Notes: generated by a model from the sequence alone, not told the origin. Positions 1 to 13,146 are shown, numbered from the stretch's first letter. The stretch is 64,000 nucleotides of DNA from Raillietiella orientalis (GCA_036172245.1 JAYWIR010000009.1:1984001-2048000); one strand, 5' to 3'. A program made the numbers and translations.

Positions 1-1400
1 CCCTAAGAACGGTGGTTAACTCGGGACGCTCCACAGAGGCAGCGGCATACTCCCGCGCCCTGCGACCACTACGGGAGGTCGTACCTCCCTTCCCCGAGAC
101 GGACCCTTCTCCCTCGCCCTCTTCCCTCCCTCCATCCCCCTTTCGACGGAGGACGCCATCTGAAGAGCAATCCGGAAGTAAGACTGGGAAGCAGGGCTCG
201 TATCCCACCTCGCCTTGGGAAAATAAAAAAGGGAAAAACTGAAGAGAGTTTCCTCCTCCCTTTTTGTCCCGCTTGCTTCGAGGATTGGCCCATTCCAGAC
301 GATGGTAGGCCTGAATCCCAGGAGCTCCCGGGCGGACCAGGAGCGAGGGGAAGGAAGGGAGAAGGGAACGCTCAGGAAGAAGGAAAGAGTGAGGTTAGAA
401 GAAGGGAGTGGGGGGGGGGAAGAGGAGGGGAAAGAGACTCGGCTCAACCGTCCGTTTCCAAGGCGATGCGCTTCATCGGGCGAGGACCGCCTTGCGCGTC
501 TCCACAGGGTGGCAGAAGCGGGAAGGCTCTCGGGAGCAGCATCCTCAAGGGCTCCTGCGGCTCCCTTCTGTTCTCCTCCCCTCGAGCCGCCTTATTCCAT
601 GCGGCCATCCCTCAGGAAGAGTTTCCTCCTTTTAGGAAGGGCCAGGATGATCCAGAGGGAAAGACAGCGATGGCGACTTGGGATTTCTCTCGAGGCTGGG
701 TGGTGGTGGCGGAGGTAGTGGCACAGGAGGTAGAGGAGGCTGCGTGTCATCTGTGGATTTCTCCCCCCCCCCCTCCAGGATGACGATCCCTCCGGCTTCC
801 CTCTCCGTCCCACGGCCGGCGCATGCTTTAGGTGGAGTACCTGCCGTACACCTCGCAACTCGTCGTGGAAGGCGCCCCTTCCTGAGGCAACTTCGCTGGA
901 GGCACCTCCTTCGCCTCGCAACGCCCCGCGAAAGACGCGGACGAGACCACGAGAGGAGCCCGCTACCTTCTCGTCCGCGCGCACGCATGCGCGTGCTCGT
1001 GCAGGTTTCCGGCGCGCATGTCAGCCTGCGCACACCAGCGCATACCGACCCACCCCTCCATGCGCCGGCGCGGGGCCCCTTGAAGATGCCAGGAACGGCA
1101 GGAGCCACCAGCATACGAGACTCTGGAAAGCGCGGTCAGCATCCACCAGCAGCTCTGCCGAGATGTTCCCGCCCTCTTCACCCTGACGCCTCCTTCAGCG
1201 AGCTGCTTCCGGAACGCTTCCCATCGGCATCTCCCTGGTCGCTCGCCGTCTCGCCACGGCTGCAGCCCCACAGCATAGTGCCGCTCCTTTCAACCTGCGT
1301 TGGAGGACACGAGGTTGGGCTTCTTGAGGGGAATCCTTGGTCCCCAGTGCACTCTTTGCTCTTTGTTTCCACGGTACCTCCGCTGCCGAGCAAGCCACGA
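1..1400 (+). mobile_element. GC-rich probable retrotransposon debris
   Basis: Composition resembles the element-rich region. RLLQRAASGTLPIGISLVARRLA near 1185-1260 resembles the L1 zf-RVT lead-in (g.LP.g..l..r.l). No firm domain. Confidence 0.3.
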
Positions 1401-2911
1401 ACCTGACTCCTTTCACAGTGTTCTTCTGCGGTGGTGTTCCGATACACAAAGGTCCTCTCAGGTGAGGATGCTCTTTTACCACGTGTCCGCATCACCTGCG
1501 TGCGATGGGGATCCCCGTGACATGCCGTTCTTTCTTTGGGTGTGAATGCAACCTCATCTTCGCAGATGAACGAACAGAGCGAAGGACTCTGACACTGAGC
1601 TTCAGTAGGCTTTTGGAGTTGGCCGTCAGCTTCTCTCCCTGGAACCGCTTGCACGGAGTAGGGGGCAGCGGCACTGCTCCATTGCACTTCTGAAGAGTCC
1701 ACTTTGCACTTGCACACTTCGAGCTTATCTCAAGTCTGCCTCACAGCTTCTGAATTACACGACTCCCGGGAATCCTTCCTCAGTGTACCACGATGAAATT
1801 CAACCACGAAGATGCAAACCACCAATTTTCACTGTTGTACTGGCTCCAAAGTGCATCCTCGAGCATCTTAGCTCGTTGGAATCCATATCATTGTATCCAA
1901 TGTCCTTCACACTCAATTCAAGATCGCATGTGGAGGTGTGCTAACTTTCTCACGATGCCTCTCACACTAGCAACATTCCCATAAGATGTTTCCCTATTTT
2001 TCAACTTGATTCTTCCTTTTCAAATCTTGATTGAAATTGAATATAACCTTACGTTATGAAGTCATCACTGGAGCAAGTTTGTTTTATTCTGGCGCGATCT
2101 CGTTCGACCAGTGGATACACTTTTGGCTTCTTTACCCTTTTCACACATGTAGAATCGCTTTGATATCTGAGATGCGCTTTAGCAGAGGTGGGAAAATGCA
2201 GTTTGAGAAACCTGGACACGCAGAAAGGTTCAGGGAAGAAAGAATTTTACACATGCATTCTTTCTCGGACAACAGAACAAAAATAGCTTGATAATAAGAG
2301 ATCTCGTTCGATCCTTAGAGTCCAAGGCACTGAATTACGTTAAACTTCTATATAAAAAACATTGCTTCAAAACCTCTTTCTATAATTTGCCGTATATCTT
2401 CGAACTAGTGCCAATTTGAAATTACAGTATACAGATAAAATATTGGAAACTTCTAGCGTTAAAATACAGAGATGATCTCAAATCAGTCGAATGAACTTAT
2501 CTTCACATCGAAATACAACTGTTGTTTCCTAAATATTCAATGAAGTGTGATCAATCGGTTTTGGTCACCATCAAGATATGCCTGAGTACATATTTCTAGG
2601 CATCAGCTCAAGAGATCAGTTGAGCTTCGGACCTCCAGAAACTTCCGAAGTATCAGCTGTAATCTGTCTAACAAACTTTTACATAACTTATGGGTTACGA
2701 TGTCATAAGTAGAAGAGTAATATATTAAAATAGTGTTCTTAATATACTGCGTAGATTTTCAAAATATTTGGTAAGCAATTTTTTCTTTCAAAATTATTCT
2801 TTCAGAATTTCATCCTCCGAAAGAAATGGTTCTAGTAATAACAAAAGTGTTATGTAAATCTTTAAAAGAAGCAATTTACTGATTACTTAATTCACATGAA
2901 AGCTTGTATGA

Positions 2912-2952
2912 ATTCTCTTATATGAACATATATTATTCTCTTATATGAACAT
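2912..2952 (+). repeat. 18-bp direct repeat pair
   Basis: ATTCTCTTATATGAACAT at 2912-2929 and 2935-2952. Confidence 0.8.
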
Positions 2953-4827
2953 TCTTTTTCTCCAATAATTCCTGTAAACGAAGTCTAGGCAAGCAATTAT
3001 TAATGCGATTCTATGTAGCAGACTTTTTCAGAAGAATCCAGCACTTCCTTGGCCTCAGTTATGTTTCTCAGAATTTTAAAGCGTTCATAGTAAAGTATCT
3101 GGTACTGAATTCATGCTTATCCTTGTCGAAAATTAAAGGTTTCTTTATGAATTTTACCATCCATAAATAAAATGTATTTGTTTTTAATCTCAGTGAGAGA
3201 TCTTAAACAAGAGTTACAAAGTCGAAAATATGTTATCGCATCATTTTTAAAATAAATTCAAAAATACATGAAAGCAATCATGCCGATAAATCCAAGGAAT
3301 AGCTGAAATAAGTAACAATGGTTTGCATGCACTTAATCACTTAATGCTATTGAAACCTTTTCTTTCTGGTTTGAATTCTCAAAAGTTGTGAATGTGACAG
3401 ATAAAGTTTCATTTCAAATTAAAAGAAAGATTTTTTTTCCTATAAATGTGTACTCCGAACAAGAGTATATAAGTGAAGATGATTCTTACGATATATTAAA
3501 ACAATAAATTTTGTAAAGAAACTCATTGTAAATTTTCGTGCTTAGCGTAAGTAGTTTCTAATGAACTGTGCAACCTTGCCGTAAATTCATCACGAAAGCT
3601 TCAAAAAAATACTAAAAAACTGAACCCGGCAACTCAAATTTAAAAGATAGATCACAAACTATTATTGCAAGTCTTTCACCTTGTTTTTTCAGATCAATTA
3701 GTTTGAGCTGGTTAATTGGAAAATTTTACCCAATGTGATCCATCAATTTAATGTTATTTATTGGCAACCATGTTCATGAAATTGATTTCTGCTATTGTGT
3801 TACGCTATCCGTTTGAAATTCGTAATGTGTTTTATTATGTAAATGCAGAAATGTAACTTGTAATTATTTAATTGAGTGGATAAAAACTCAGATGGAAAAA
3901 ATATTTATTATCAAGTGACACAGTTACATTGATATTGTTTTTTAGAGAATCTGATTTCCTCTGGAATAATCAATAGGTAGGTATAATTCTAAAATTCATT
4001 TTATTAGTTTTTAGTACCAATTGGATTGCTTCATTTCAGTAAGTGTATTGTTCTTTTTGTGATTGTTCGTTGTTTTTTGAATATTTGATCACCTATTTTC
4101 CTTTAATTGTTCGAGGTCATTTTGGAAGGGTTTAATGCGGTTAACATACGGTTTCGTGCGGCATGCAGACTTCCGAACTTGAGCCTTTAAAGTGGTTTGT
4201 AATTAACTCTATTTTTTCGAAAGGAGCGAGGTGTAACTGTAATTATTAGATATATAAAGCCTACAATTGCAGTTAGCTAAAGGAAAAAGTGAACTCGAAT
4301 AAGTAATTCTTTTAATTACTCAAAAGTTGATGAGTGGTCAAGATAGCGTGTATGTTTTTCGCTGTTTAGTCAATGTGTGTTGTGAGACTAATTGAAGAGA
4401 CAGTAAGTAGGAAAAAAATGAATATTGATACAGAATCTTGTACCAATTCCCGTCAGTAATTACGCATCCACAGCATCTACCATTTATTCTGTATACAAAT
4501 TTGTCTTGATTGTCAACTAGTGTTTTCTTCAAGGAAATTCTATGTTATGTATGATAAATCATGTGCCATACCGGCACCTGATTTAATGCAGTTTTTATAA
4601 TTTTAATCACATTTTTAGCCCACACACGTACATATTGCGCATTCTTTCCAATGCATTCTGCATTTACTTCACTTTTAAAGCAACCTAATAAAAAAATAGT
4701 GCTGATGCTGGTTTCTAGATTGTCTTCCTTATAAGAAATCGATGATATAGAACACAAATGTACATGTTTATCGTGTTTTGAATAATGTATGGTTACGTTT
4801 ATGTTTTATGAACACATTTCAGTTTCA

Positions 4828-5942
4828 ATGTTCCCTACTAGTGCTGTTTTTTATACCTGGCATTCCTTGATTATCAAGATATGTGCGTTGCTGTTGTTTT
4901 TATTACTTTTGGGGAATTTACCATGTCTGGTAGCAGATCAGCCAAGCCCAGTAGTCTCTAGTATTATTCAGCTTCATGATGGCACTTGGAAGCAGATGTT
5001 AGAAGGAGAATGGATGGTAGAATTGTAATTATTCTCTTTCTTTTTTTTTGAACTGTCTTCAGGCTTATGTCAAAAGGTACTCCTAATTGCAGTTGCTTTG
5101 CAGTTTTGCTGCCTGGTGTCCAGCCTGTAAACACCTTCAACCGATTTGGGAACAGTTTGCAGTCAACTGTTCAGACACGAAAATACGTGTAGCTCAAGTT
5201 GACATCAGTGTGAATATGGGTCTTAGTGGTCGTTTCATGGTTACCTCGCTGCCTACTATCTATCAGTAGGTGGTCCTATCTTGATATGCTATTTATGGTA
5301 CTCAGTGTTCATAATGGCACATTTCGTCTATACCGTGGATCTAGGCTGCTTCCAGAACTTGTTAATTTTGTGCGAAATAATTTATGGCAGGAGATTGAGC
5401 CCATATCTACATGGAAGGCACCCAGCTCACCTATCATGATGGTTGTCAGCTGGTTCTTTGCTTTCTCCATGACATTGAGAGTAAGTCTTCTTCTTTTTTC
5501 TTACATTTCTAGATGTTATCAGAACTATCATGTAACCTTACTGGAAGTTTACAGTCTACCATCCTGGCTTTCTTACCTCATTTTTGGTCTGTTGACTATT
5601 TCATTTGGAGCATTGCTGGGTTTGGTAAGTTTGGATACCTTATCAGTAATGCCTTGTTAACATAAATAATATTTGTATGTAGATTCTCGTTTGTTGTGTT
5701 GAGTATTTCCGTCCACCTATTCCTGTACATTCAGTGGCCTGGAAAGAATCACCTACTGATGATGAGGTAAACTACCCAACCCATTCTTGAATAATTCACT
5801 AACCATGCTGCAGAAAGAGGATGATGCCAATGAGGAGGAGAAAAAGAAGACTAAAAAAAAACAGGACAGCGAACAGGAAACAGAAGAGGGGGTTATTCGC
5901 AGAAGAGGCCTAGGGGGAGGGGAAAAGACACTTAAGGAATAA
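4828..5942 (+). CDS. TMX1: Thioredoxin-related transmembrane protein (TMX1-like); 6 coding exons: 4828-5024, 5104-5265, 5306-5480, 5523-5624, 5683-5766, 5814-5942
   Basis: The spliced translation gives a hydrophobic N-terminal signal, GEWMVEFFAAWCPACKHLQPIW (CPAC active site), AQVDISVNMGLSGRFMVTSLPTIYHVHNGTFRLYRG, a C-terminal TM helix (WLSYLIFGLLTISFGALLGLILV) and an acidic/basic tail. All five introns are GT-AG and keep frame; stop TAA at 5940-5942. The ATG at 4828 is chosen because TTTCAG (4817-4822) precedes it. Confidence 0.92.
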
Positions 5943-5971
5943 ATTGTTCCTTGATACTTCTGTATTTGCAG
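5938..5971 (+). promoter_or_regulatory. Polyadenylation signal overlapping the TMX1 stop codon, followed closely by a 3' splice acceptor upstream of the U2AF1 ATG
   Basis: AATAAA at 5938-5943 contains the TAA stop. A pyrimidine-rich stretch ending TTTGCAG (5965-5971) lies 13 nt before the ATG at 5985. Confidence 0.6.
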
Positions 5972-5984
5972 GTTCACAGACACT

Positions 5985-6978
5985 ATGGCAGAATATTTGG
6001 CATCTATTTTTGGTACTGAGAAGGACAAGTACGTTGTTAGTGTGTGATTATTGTATCTTTATGTCATTCTAGAGTAAACTGCTCTTTTTATTTCAAAATT
6101 GGGGCCTGCAAACACGGTGATAAATGCTCACGTATTCACAACAAACCCACCTTCAGCCAGGTAGGTTCATTTTTTGATGTCAGCATCCAATTGAGGGCCA
6201 TGTTCCACAGACCGTGTTGCTTCAAAACCTCTACATTAACCCACAAAATTCAGCCAAGTCGGCTGATGGTTCGCACAGTAAGTGTGGGTCAGGCCTGCTG
6301 ATGACTGCGGGTCTTCCTTCTAGTTATCACCAACGTTTCTGATGAGGAAATGCAGGAACATTTTGACAATTTTTTTGAAGACGTGTTTGTGGAATGTGAG
6401 GACAAGGTGATGAAAGACATTTAGTCCTGGGGTATAATGGGGAGGGATTCCAGTATGGTGAGATTGAAGAAATGAATGTATGTGACAACCTTGGTGATCA
6501 TCTGGTGGGGAATGTATACATCAAGGTGAGTCAGTTGTTTTAGCAATTGAGAATGGAGACTGTTTGCAGTTTCGTCGTGAAGAGGATGCTGAGAAAGCTG
6601 TAGCAGATCTGAATAATCGCTGGTTTGGGGGACGCCCCATTTATGCTGAACTCAGTCCTGTAACTGATTTTCGAGAAGCATGTTGCCGCCAATATGAGAT
6701 GGGGTGAGTGAGTTTCATTATTGTTTGAGCCTTCTGTGGATAATTTCATGGTTGTTAGGGAGTGTACTCGAGGAGGCTTTTGCAACTTTATGCATTTAAA
6801 ACCCATATCACGTGAGTTGCGCAGGGAACTGTATGGCCGTAGTCGCAACAAACGCAAAAAATCACCATCACCAGTGAATAGGAATGCACGACCTAATAGG
6901 GAACGGAAGAGATCCAGATCTCGAGATCGTAATGATGCTAGGTCAAAGGAAAGGGAAAATCGCATGGGTCGATATTGA
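5985..6978 (+). CDS. U2AF1: Splicing factor U2AF small subunit (U2AF35/U2af38); 7 coding exons: 5985-6028, 6073-6160, 6211-6277, 6324-6406, 6454-6525, 6570-6703, 6759-6978
   Basis: [44 protein letters not shown] (zinc finger 1), a UHM/RRM ([35 protein letters not shown]), [27 protein letters not shown] (zinc finger 2) and an RS-rich tail. Six GT-AG introns of 44-55 nt. The first three exons (44, 88, 67 nt) match the vertebrate U2AF1 exon sizes as I recall them. Confidence 0.97.
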
Positions 6979-9900
6979 TGATTCCATATTTATGGGGACT
7001 AAAGTGGCTGCTGATTGGATGTAGTGCTACAGACTTTTCATTCACTGATCCTACATACCAATTCTGTTATAGGTGTGCATTTATCTTGGCACCCTAAGTC
7101 AAACTATTATCACTGATGTTCTTACAAAAGTTGTACTTTTGAAAAGTCCTCATTGTTTATCTGGACTGAGATGTTAATTCCATACTTCCTGGCTAATACC
7201 TCAAAACATGTCATGAGTCATCCATGTTTTCTAATGTTTATTCAAATGTTTACTTCAAAGTTGTACATTCCAGTCTATTTTCAGATGTGCCTTGTGAACA
7301 TTTGATTTTTGCCATTCATTGACTTTAAACAGATCCTTTGACATAAACCTGAGCATCATTGATGCCAAAGTTGCCTTTGTGCTCATTGTCAGCATGTTGG
7401 TCTTATTTACGTAATTAGAATTAGAATTAATGCGAGCCACGAAGCCTAACAAGCTCTACTTCGTTTTGCTTCATGTTTTTGTGCTCAAAAAGTGCTATGA
7501 ATACAAAAAGATCGCACTTATGCTGATGAGTTTGACTGATATGCTGTAGATGATTTTGGTCATCTTGAAGTTTTTAAGCATTTTAATGAGTACTTAGCAA
7601 CTACGAATATTCAACAAATAATTGTGTGATCTTGATATAAAAGTTTGAAATTCAAGAATTTTAATATGAGTGTAATTACAAAGCATATTACTAAACATGG
7701 AATTAAATGCATCACATAGTTTTATCATTTGAATGAATAATGCTTAGTATTCAGTTCTTTTTATTGATAAAAACAGACTGTTAGATCTGGGATTTGTTTG
7801 GTTGCTGGTTAGACTTGTATTTTGTTTGTATTTCTATGGAAATTCTTTTTGTTTTATGACCAGCTGAATTAAATTTTCCAGCTGCTGTTTCAAACGATTT
7901 TGAATTCAAGTGACTGATGTGAACAGTGCTGGTTTCATTTTTTTTTTCTTTTCCTCTGCTAAAGTGATTCTAATGATGTCAGTGGCTATTTATTATTTCA
8001 CCAAGCTCCCACTAGTTGTTTTGAGTGTTAAGACAAGACCAGCTCTCACACAGATTAATGTGTAATTGTACTACTCTGGTGTTCTCATTATTTTCTGTCA
8101 ATGCTTTTGTGAGCCAAAGCCCTCTGGCCCACACTGTAAATACAAATGTTTCATTGAAGGAGTAAATCTGCATTCTAAAAGATGTACTTAGATTGTAATT
8201 ATTAACAAAAAAGTGGTGTCCGTAAGCTAAATGTTTGATGGATTCTTCCTTTTCAGCTTGCCCCACTCATTTAGTTCTGTGCATTTGGACAATCTAAGAC
8301 ATTAGTCATTACATGGCCACTTTTCTGTAACACCAGGTTATGATTAGGTTATGGTGTTTTGGGTTTTCTTTGAAATATGTGTAAATTCTCGTTTTGGCAT
8401 ACCATTGTGGGTGCAATTTTCGGAAGGCTGTCGCATTTGTTACTTTCAGATTGGTTGGAACAAACATTTAATGAAACTATTCAAAAGCTTTCATTGCATT
8501 GTGGATATGTGTTTTGACTTTTACAGTATCACATTTAAGTGCAGGTTTTCCTCAACTATTTGTTGTAATTTAGGGAAACCTAATAGTACGATGGTACATA
8601 ATTTGGCCTGCTTCATTGGTGCATAAAGGTACATGCATAATGGCTGCCTTGGACTATATTTTTGCAGTCCGATTATGTGTTCGCAGCCAGTGCTTTAGGT
8701 AAAGTACGTCGTCGGAATTGAACTTTTGTTGTGATTCCTTTTTGTAACTAGTCAAGCTTTTCATGCAAAGTACCAAAAAAGGCATCCACAAAATCATCGT
8801 CTAAGAGACTGCCTTCAAGTCGTATTTTCAGTTGATTTCCCCATGCCTTCAAAAGTGAGCCATTAAAAAATTACGCCGTTTTGCTTTTCGTATTTTTGTG
8901 CCGTTCTGTTCCTCCAAGATTCAGTTTTCTTAATGAACCGCCTCCAACTAGACATAGCATATCGATGAACTTAATGTCTTCCATAAAAAGTTTGTACAGT
9001 TTGTTTTAGGACCACTTTACCGGACTTACCGAAAATTGTTCCGAGAACTTAAAAACTCAGTTGATACGTTCAAATTGTTAAGTTTTTGGATGATCTGCAT
9101 TTGATTTGAGTTTGAGGTGGCCAATCAATTTTCACAACTCAATATATACGTAAAAAGGGAATACTTTGAATTGTTAGGAACTTTCATCTGGTTTAGCTGT
9201 CATTCGTTTTTGTTATTTTTCATTATTCTTGAATACAAGGCTATTCTATATCAACATTTTAGGTTATCTTTCAGTTATTAAGAAGAAATGCCTTTTAATT
9301 TTGCAATTGCCGTTTTATCAGAAGGAATTCAATCTATTTGGATCTAATATTCAGTTTATGATCAGAATGCTGAATTTTCTTACAAAATTCAGAAAGGAAA
9401 TGTTTGCCACCTGTGAAATTTGAAATCACATACTTTACTTAAACATACTAACAAACGATTCTCTTCGTCATTACAACATTGAATTACAGCAACCATTCAG
9501 CTATAAAATTAATTCCTTCAGCTCATTAGCAGAGTTAGCCACCGTTATACACTGATAAATTTAGAAAGAGTTGAATTTATTCTTCAAATTCAATGAAGCG
9601 ATGCATTTGAGGAAACAATCGAAAATGCATTCAATTTTTCGTTAAATTTTTTGCAAGGAAGAAAATTAGGATTCAAACATTTCAGAAAAATCAGGGTAGA
9701 AATTGCAGATATCCAGCGAGAATACTGAAGCCAGAGAGGGAGGAAAAAAAATTATACTTCACATCAACTGAAGGTTTTAAGCTTCAGTTTCTTATAAAAT
9801 GCAGCATCCAAATACGTGACTTCACATGCATTTCATTTTGGTTTGCAATGTTACCTTTTACATAACGCCCCAAATTTCGTTTCATAGACTGACCCATAAT

Positions 9901-10817
9901 TCAGGAGATACTTATAGAGTAAATTGTTCAATGTAAACTGAATCAAGACAGAATATGGAAAAAAACAAAAATGTTTTGGCATTCTGTCTTTGTGTGGAGA
10001 TGTACAGAAAACCAGGACTTTGAGGAAATAAATCAAGCACTTATGCATAAATGGAAGATAATTAAACGAAAGCGTACGAAATACACGGGAGGTATTAATA
10101 TGCAACTTACATTCCAAGCATTAGTGCTTCAGAACTTAAGAAAAAAAAAAAAAATTGTTTCTTTAACGAAGTCTAAATTGGTCTGCAAAGTGTTCCAGCT
10201 AAAGCTCTGGATTAGAATCTTTCATGATATCATGTTGAACAATCGAATAAAATATATACTGATGTAACTTTCTCTCAAAGGCTTCAAGTGTTCTATGGGT
10301 GTTTAGCTCAAAACTCGTCGATCTCGAAGAGTTTTGAGATTTCCACAGTTCCACAAAAGTTTGCATTTCTAGGAGTCATGGTTGATACAGTTCATTGAAC
10401 TGCCTTGATAATGGGAAACCAACTTATGGTTTCCAGATTTTCGCGGTAATATACTCATATAAAAAATGCAAATCTTTGGAAACTATTTATGATTATTTTG
10501 ATTCACATATATTAAGCAAACTCATTTTCAAAAAGGTTCTATACTTTGGCGGAATCATTGGAAAAATGATAAGAAATAGCTTGTGAAAGACTTAAGAGTA
10601 CAAATTACATTGATGAAACCTAGAGAAATAGAATACTCATTCTCCCAAAGAAAATATAAAACCCTTGTCAGTGTGCTTTAAGACCAGTTGATAGGCGAAT
10701 ACAATCAAAACAATAATACAATGCAACAGACGTCGATTAGCCAACTGAGCACTGTCTGATTTTCCATTGTGTGACACGAACACAAGCATCATCCAGAATT
10801 TATGGTTGCGAGTTAAG

Positions 10818-10884
10818 CAGAATTCCTGCAAAGATTCCGTTCAGAATCTCCGTTTCCATCATTCAGAATTCCTGCAAAGATTCC
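10818..10884 (+). repeat. 21-bp direct repeat pair
   Basis: CAGAATTCCTGCAAAGATTCC at 10818-10838 and 10864-10884. Confidence 0.85.
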
Positions 10885-11974
10885 AGCAAGTCCATTCATA
10901 GATCACGTAAGTGACCAGACTTGCTGCTTGCATTCATGGGCTCCGTTCCAAATCAAAAGTTGAAACGATAAGCTATCTAGTTTTCCAGACATCTTGCATA
11001 CTATAAATCTTGAACAGTTTTGAATACAGTAAATTACAAGGAATTCTAAGTGCTTTTGGATACAATAGTTTATTTCAATTCTTGACGGATCGAATGTTAA
11101 GGATACTTCATTATGATGGCTTCTTTTATTGGATATTGCTTTTATTACTTAGACTCTGTGAAATGATTAAATGATTGGAGTCTAGTTATTCTTATCTCTA
11201 CTGTTGTGATCATTTAGGTCCATTGCATCGTTTTGGTCTCGGTATGTTACCACGCTCTCTGGAGTTCCCTAAACTCCACGTATGTTGTGTTGTCAAAAGG
11301 CAAGACAACACAAATTTCACGTGTTTTTATGGAAATTTATGCAAACGTGAAACCATTGATGCTTTCCACGAGTAGCATTGCATGCCTGCCTGGACTGATG
11401 GCCTCAACGTGCCGAACATGCGGTGTGCTGTATGCAATGACCTTCGAAGACCAAAGTTGATTGTGAAGAAATCTAGTAAAAAGTATCCAAAGAAATATAT
11501 TTGTGATTTAAAAAAAAATAAATCATTATTCCAGATACGAGTTCTTTTGCTTGTGGATCGCAAGTCTGCTACATTAAAAAACGAATCCATTATTTGTAAT
11601 TTCTGCGTTATAGTGCATCAGGTTTAAGCATTTTAGGAGTCAAAGTAGTGAAATACTTCAGGGAATTTTCAGCATTCGATCGCAAAGTGAAGTTACGTTT
11701 TTGTCGAGATCTGAATTGAAATCAGCCACAGAGGCTCCATGCGACTTCCTATTTGCATTTTCTTGGTGCCATCGCTTTAGTTTCTGAAGAACTTTAACAT
11801 TTCTAATGGAAATATGTGCTCATATCTGGAAAATCCACGACTCAATCTATGACAAAAGCCTCTTCATTATGATTAAAAAGACTAATCAGCCTTAAACTCA
11901 AAGAAGGTTCATTTAAGTCAGTTGAATTCTGATCTGATTGTTCTGTTGATTAGAATATCAACCATTGGTTTACA

Positions 11975-13146
11975 ATGAATGATGCAAACTTCTGGTGGTC
12001 CCTCTTGGTATGAATGTAAATTGTGCCAGAACTTCAAGTTCAGTCAATTGTTTTAGGCTGGTGGTGTAGCTGGATCTGTAGTTGATCTTTCATTGTTTCC
12101 TTTGGATACCATCAAAACCAGACTTCAAAGTGGCAAAGGTTTTTTTGCATCAGGAGGATTTAAGGGAATTTATTCAGGAATTTCTCCTACTCTTTTAGGT
12201 TCAGCACCTGGTGGTAAGTTTTATCAGGAACTCTTAACTTATTTTTTTTCTTAACTAAGTAAACACTTGAATGTGCTATTAGCTGTAAACTCCCATTAAT
12301 TGTGAAAATAAAACATTAAATTGGAAGCAATAATTCATATTCATCATTAACATTGCCTCATGGTTTCAGCTGCCATTTTTTTTTGCACATATGATGCATT
12401 CAAGAGATTGTTCGAATTTCAAATTTCAAATACTAAACAGTACTTAACACACATGTTAGCTGCATCAATTGGGGAAGTGGTAATTGAGATTTCTAAGTAT
12501 TCCATTGCAATTGTACAGAATGCTTGTTTTGTCAGAGTTCCAGTTGAAGTAATAAAGCAACGGAAACAAGTATACAGACATATGAAAATAGCAACAATTG
12601 TAAAGAATACATGGATAGAAGAAGGTGTCGCTGGATTTTATAGAGGCTATTGTATTACTATCTGTAGAGAGATTCCATTCTCTCTTATTCAGTTTCCACT
12701 TTGGGAAGCTCTATTGACATTTCGCCAGTACCAAACTAAAAAAACTATATCATCTTGGGAAGCTGCAATCTGTGGAGCAGTGGCAGGTGCTTATTTCAAG
12801 ATGCATACAGTAATAATTGTTTCATATTTACTAGGAGGTGTAGCTGCTGGATTAACCACACCTTTAGATGTAGCTAAAACAAGGAAGATGTTGGCAGGCT
12901 CAGGAAGCACATTTGCTATTGGTTCTTTAGTTCATGTGTTGAGATTATTAGTAGCTGAGAATGGATTACATAGGTAATCAGCTGCTTATAGACTGCATCA
13001 TTAATATTGCAGTTAGTTTATTTTCAGGAATTGTGCCTCGTGTTTGCTGGATGTCTATAGGTGGATTCATCTTTCTAGGCTCCTATACCCAGGCACAGCA
13101 TTTCCTTGATTCATACCTTAAAACAAAAAGTCAGTATCCAGAATAG
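11975..13146 (+). CDS. SLC25A26: Mitochondrial S-adenosylmethionine carrier; 6 coding exons: 11975-12007, 12057-12213, 12370-12479, 12519-12786, 12835-12973, 13017-13146
   Basis: Three mitochondrial-carrier signatures ([35 protein letters not shown]) plus SAM-carrier-type segments [33 protein letters not shown] and [27 protein letters not shown] introns keep frame; stop TAG ends at 13146. Confidence 0.93.

Noticed and set aside
678..1406. 242-aa ORF and other overlapping GC-rich ORFs as host genes
   Set aside because: R/P/S-rich translations overlap in many frames, as expected for GC-rich repeat debris; no splice structure or domain.
5767..6020. TMX1-U2AF35 fusion protein by splicing the donor at 5767 to the acceptor at 5971
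   Set aside because: That join is out of frame with U2AF35 and reaches TGA after about 15 codons.
6211..6323. Vertebrate-style duplicated mutually exclusive U2AF1 exon 3
   Set aside because: The flanking introns are 50 and 46 nt, too short to hold a second 67-nt exon.
4828..6978. Assigning the genome to a nematode because of the operon-like spacing and tiny introns
   Set aside because: The U2AF35 sequence resembles Drosophila U2af38 rather than C. elegans UAF-2, and most acceptors are not TTTCAG. The taxon is left as probable arthropod.
10818..10884. Repeat-spacer-repeat resembling a minimal CRISPR array
   Set aside because: Only two units, the spacer partly resembles the repeat, the context is eukaryotic and there are no cas genes.
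7250..11900. Additional gene between U2AF1 and SLC25A26
   Set aside because: Only short AT-rich ORFs; I could not assemble a consistent exon chain or recognise any motif.
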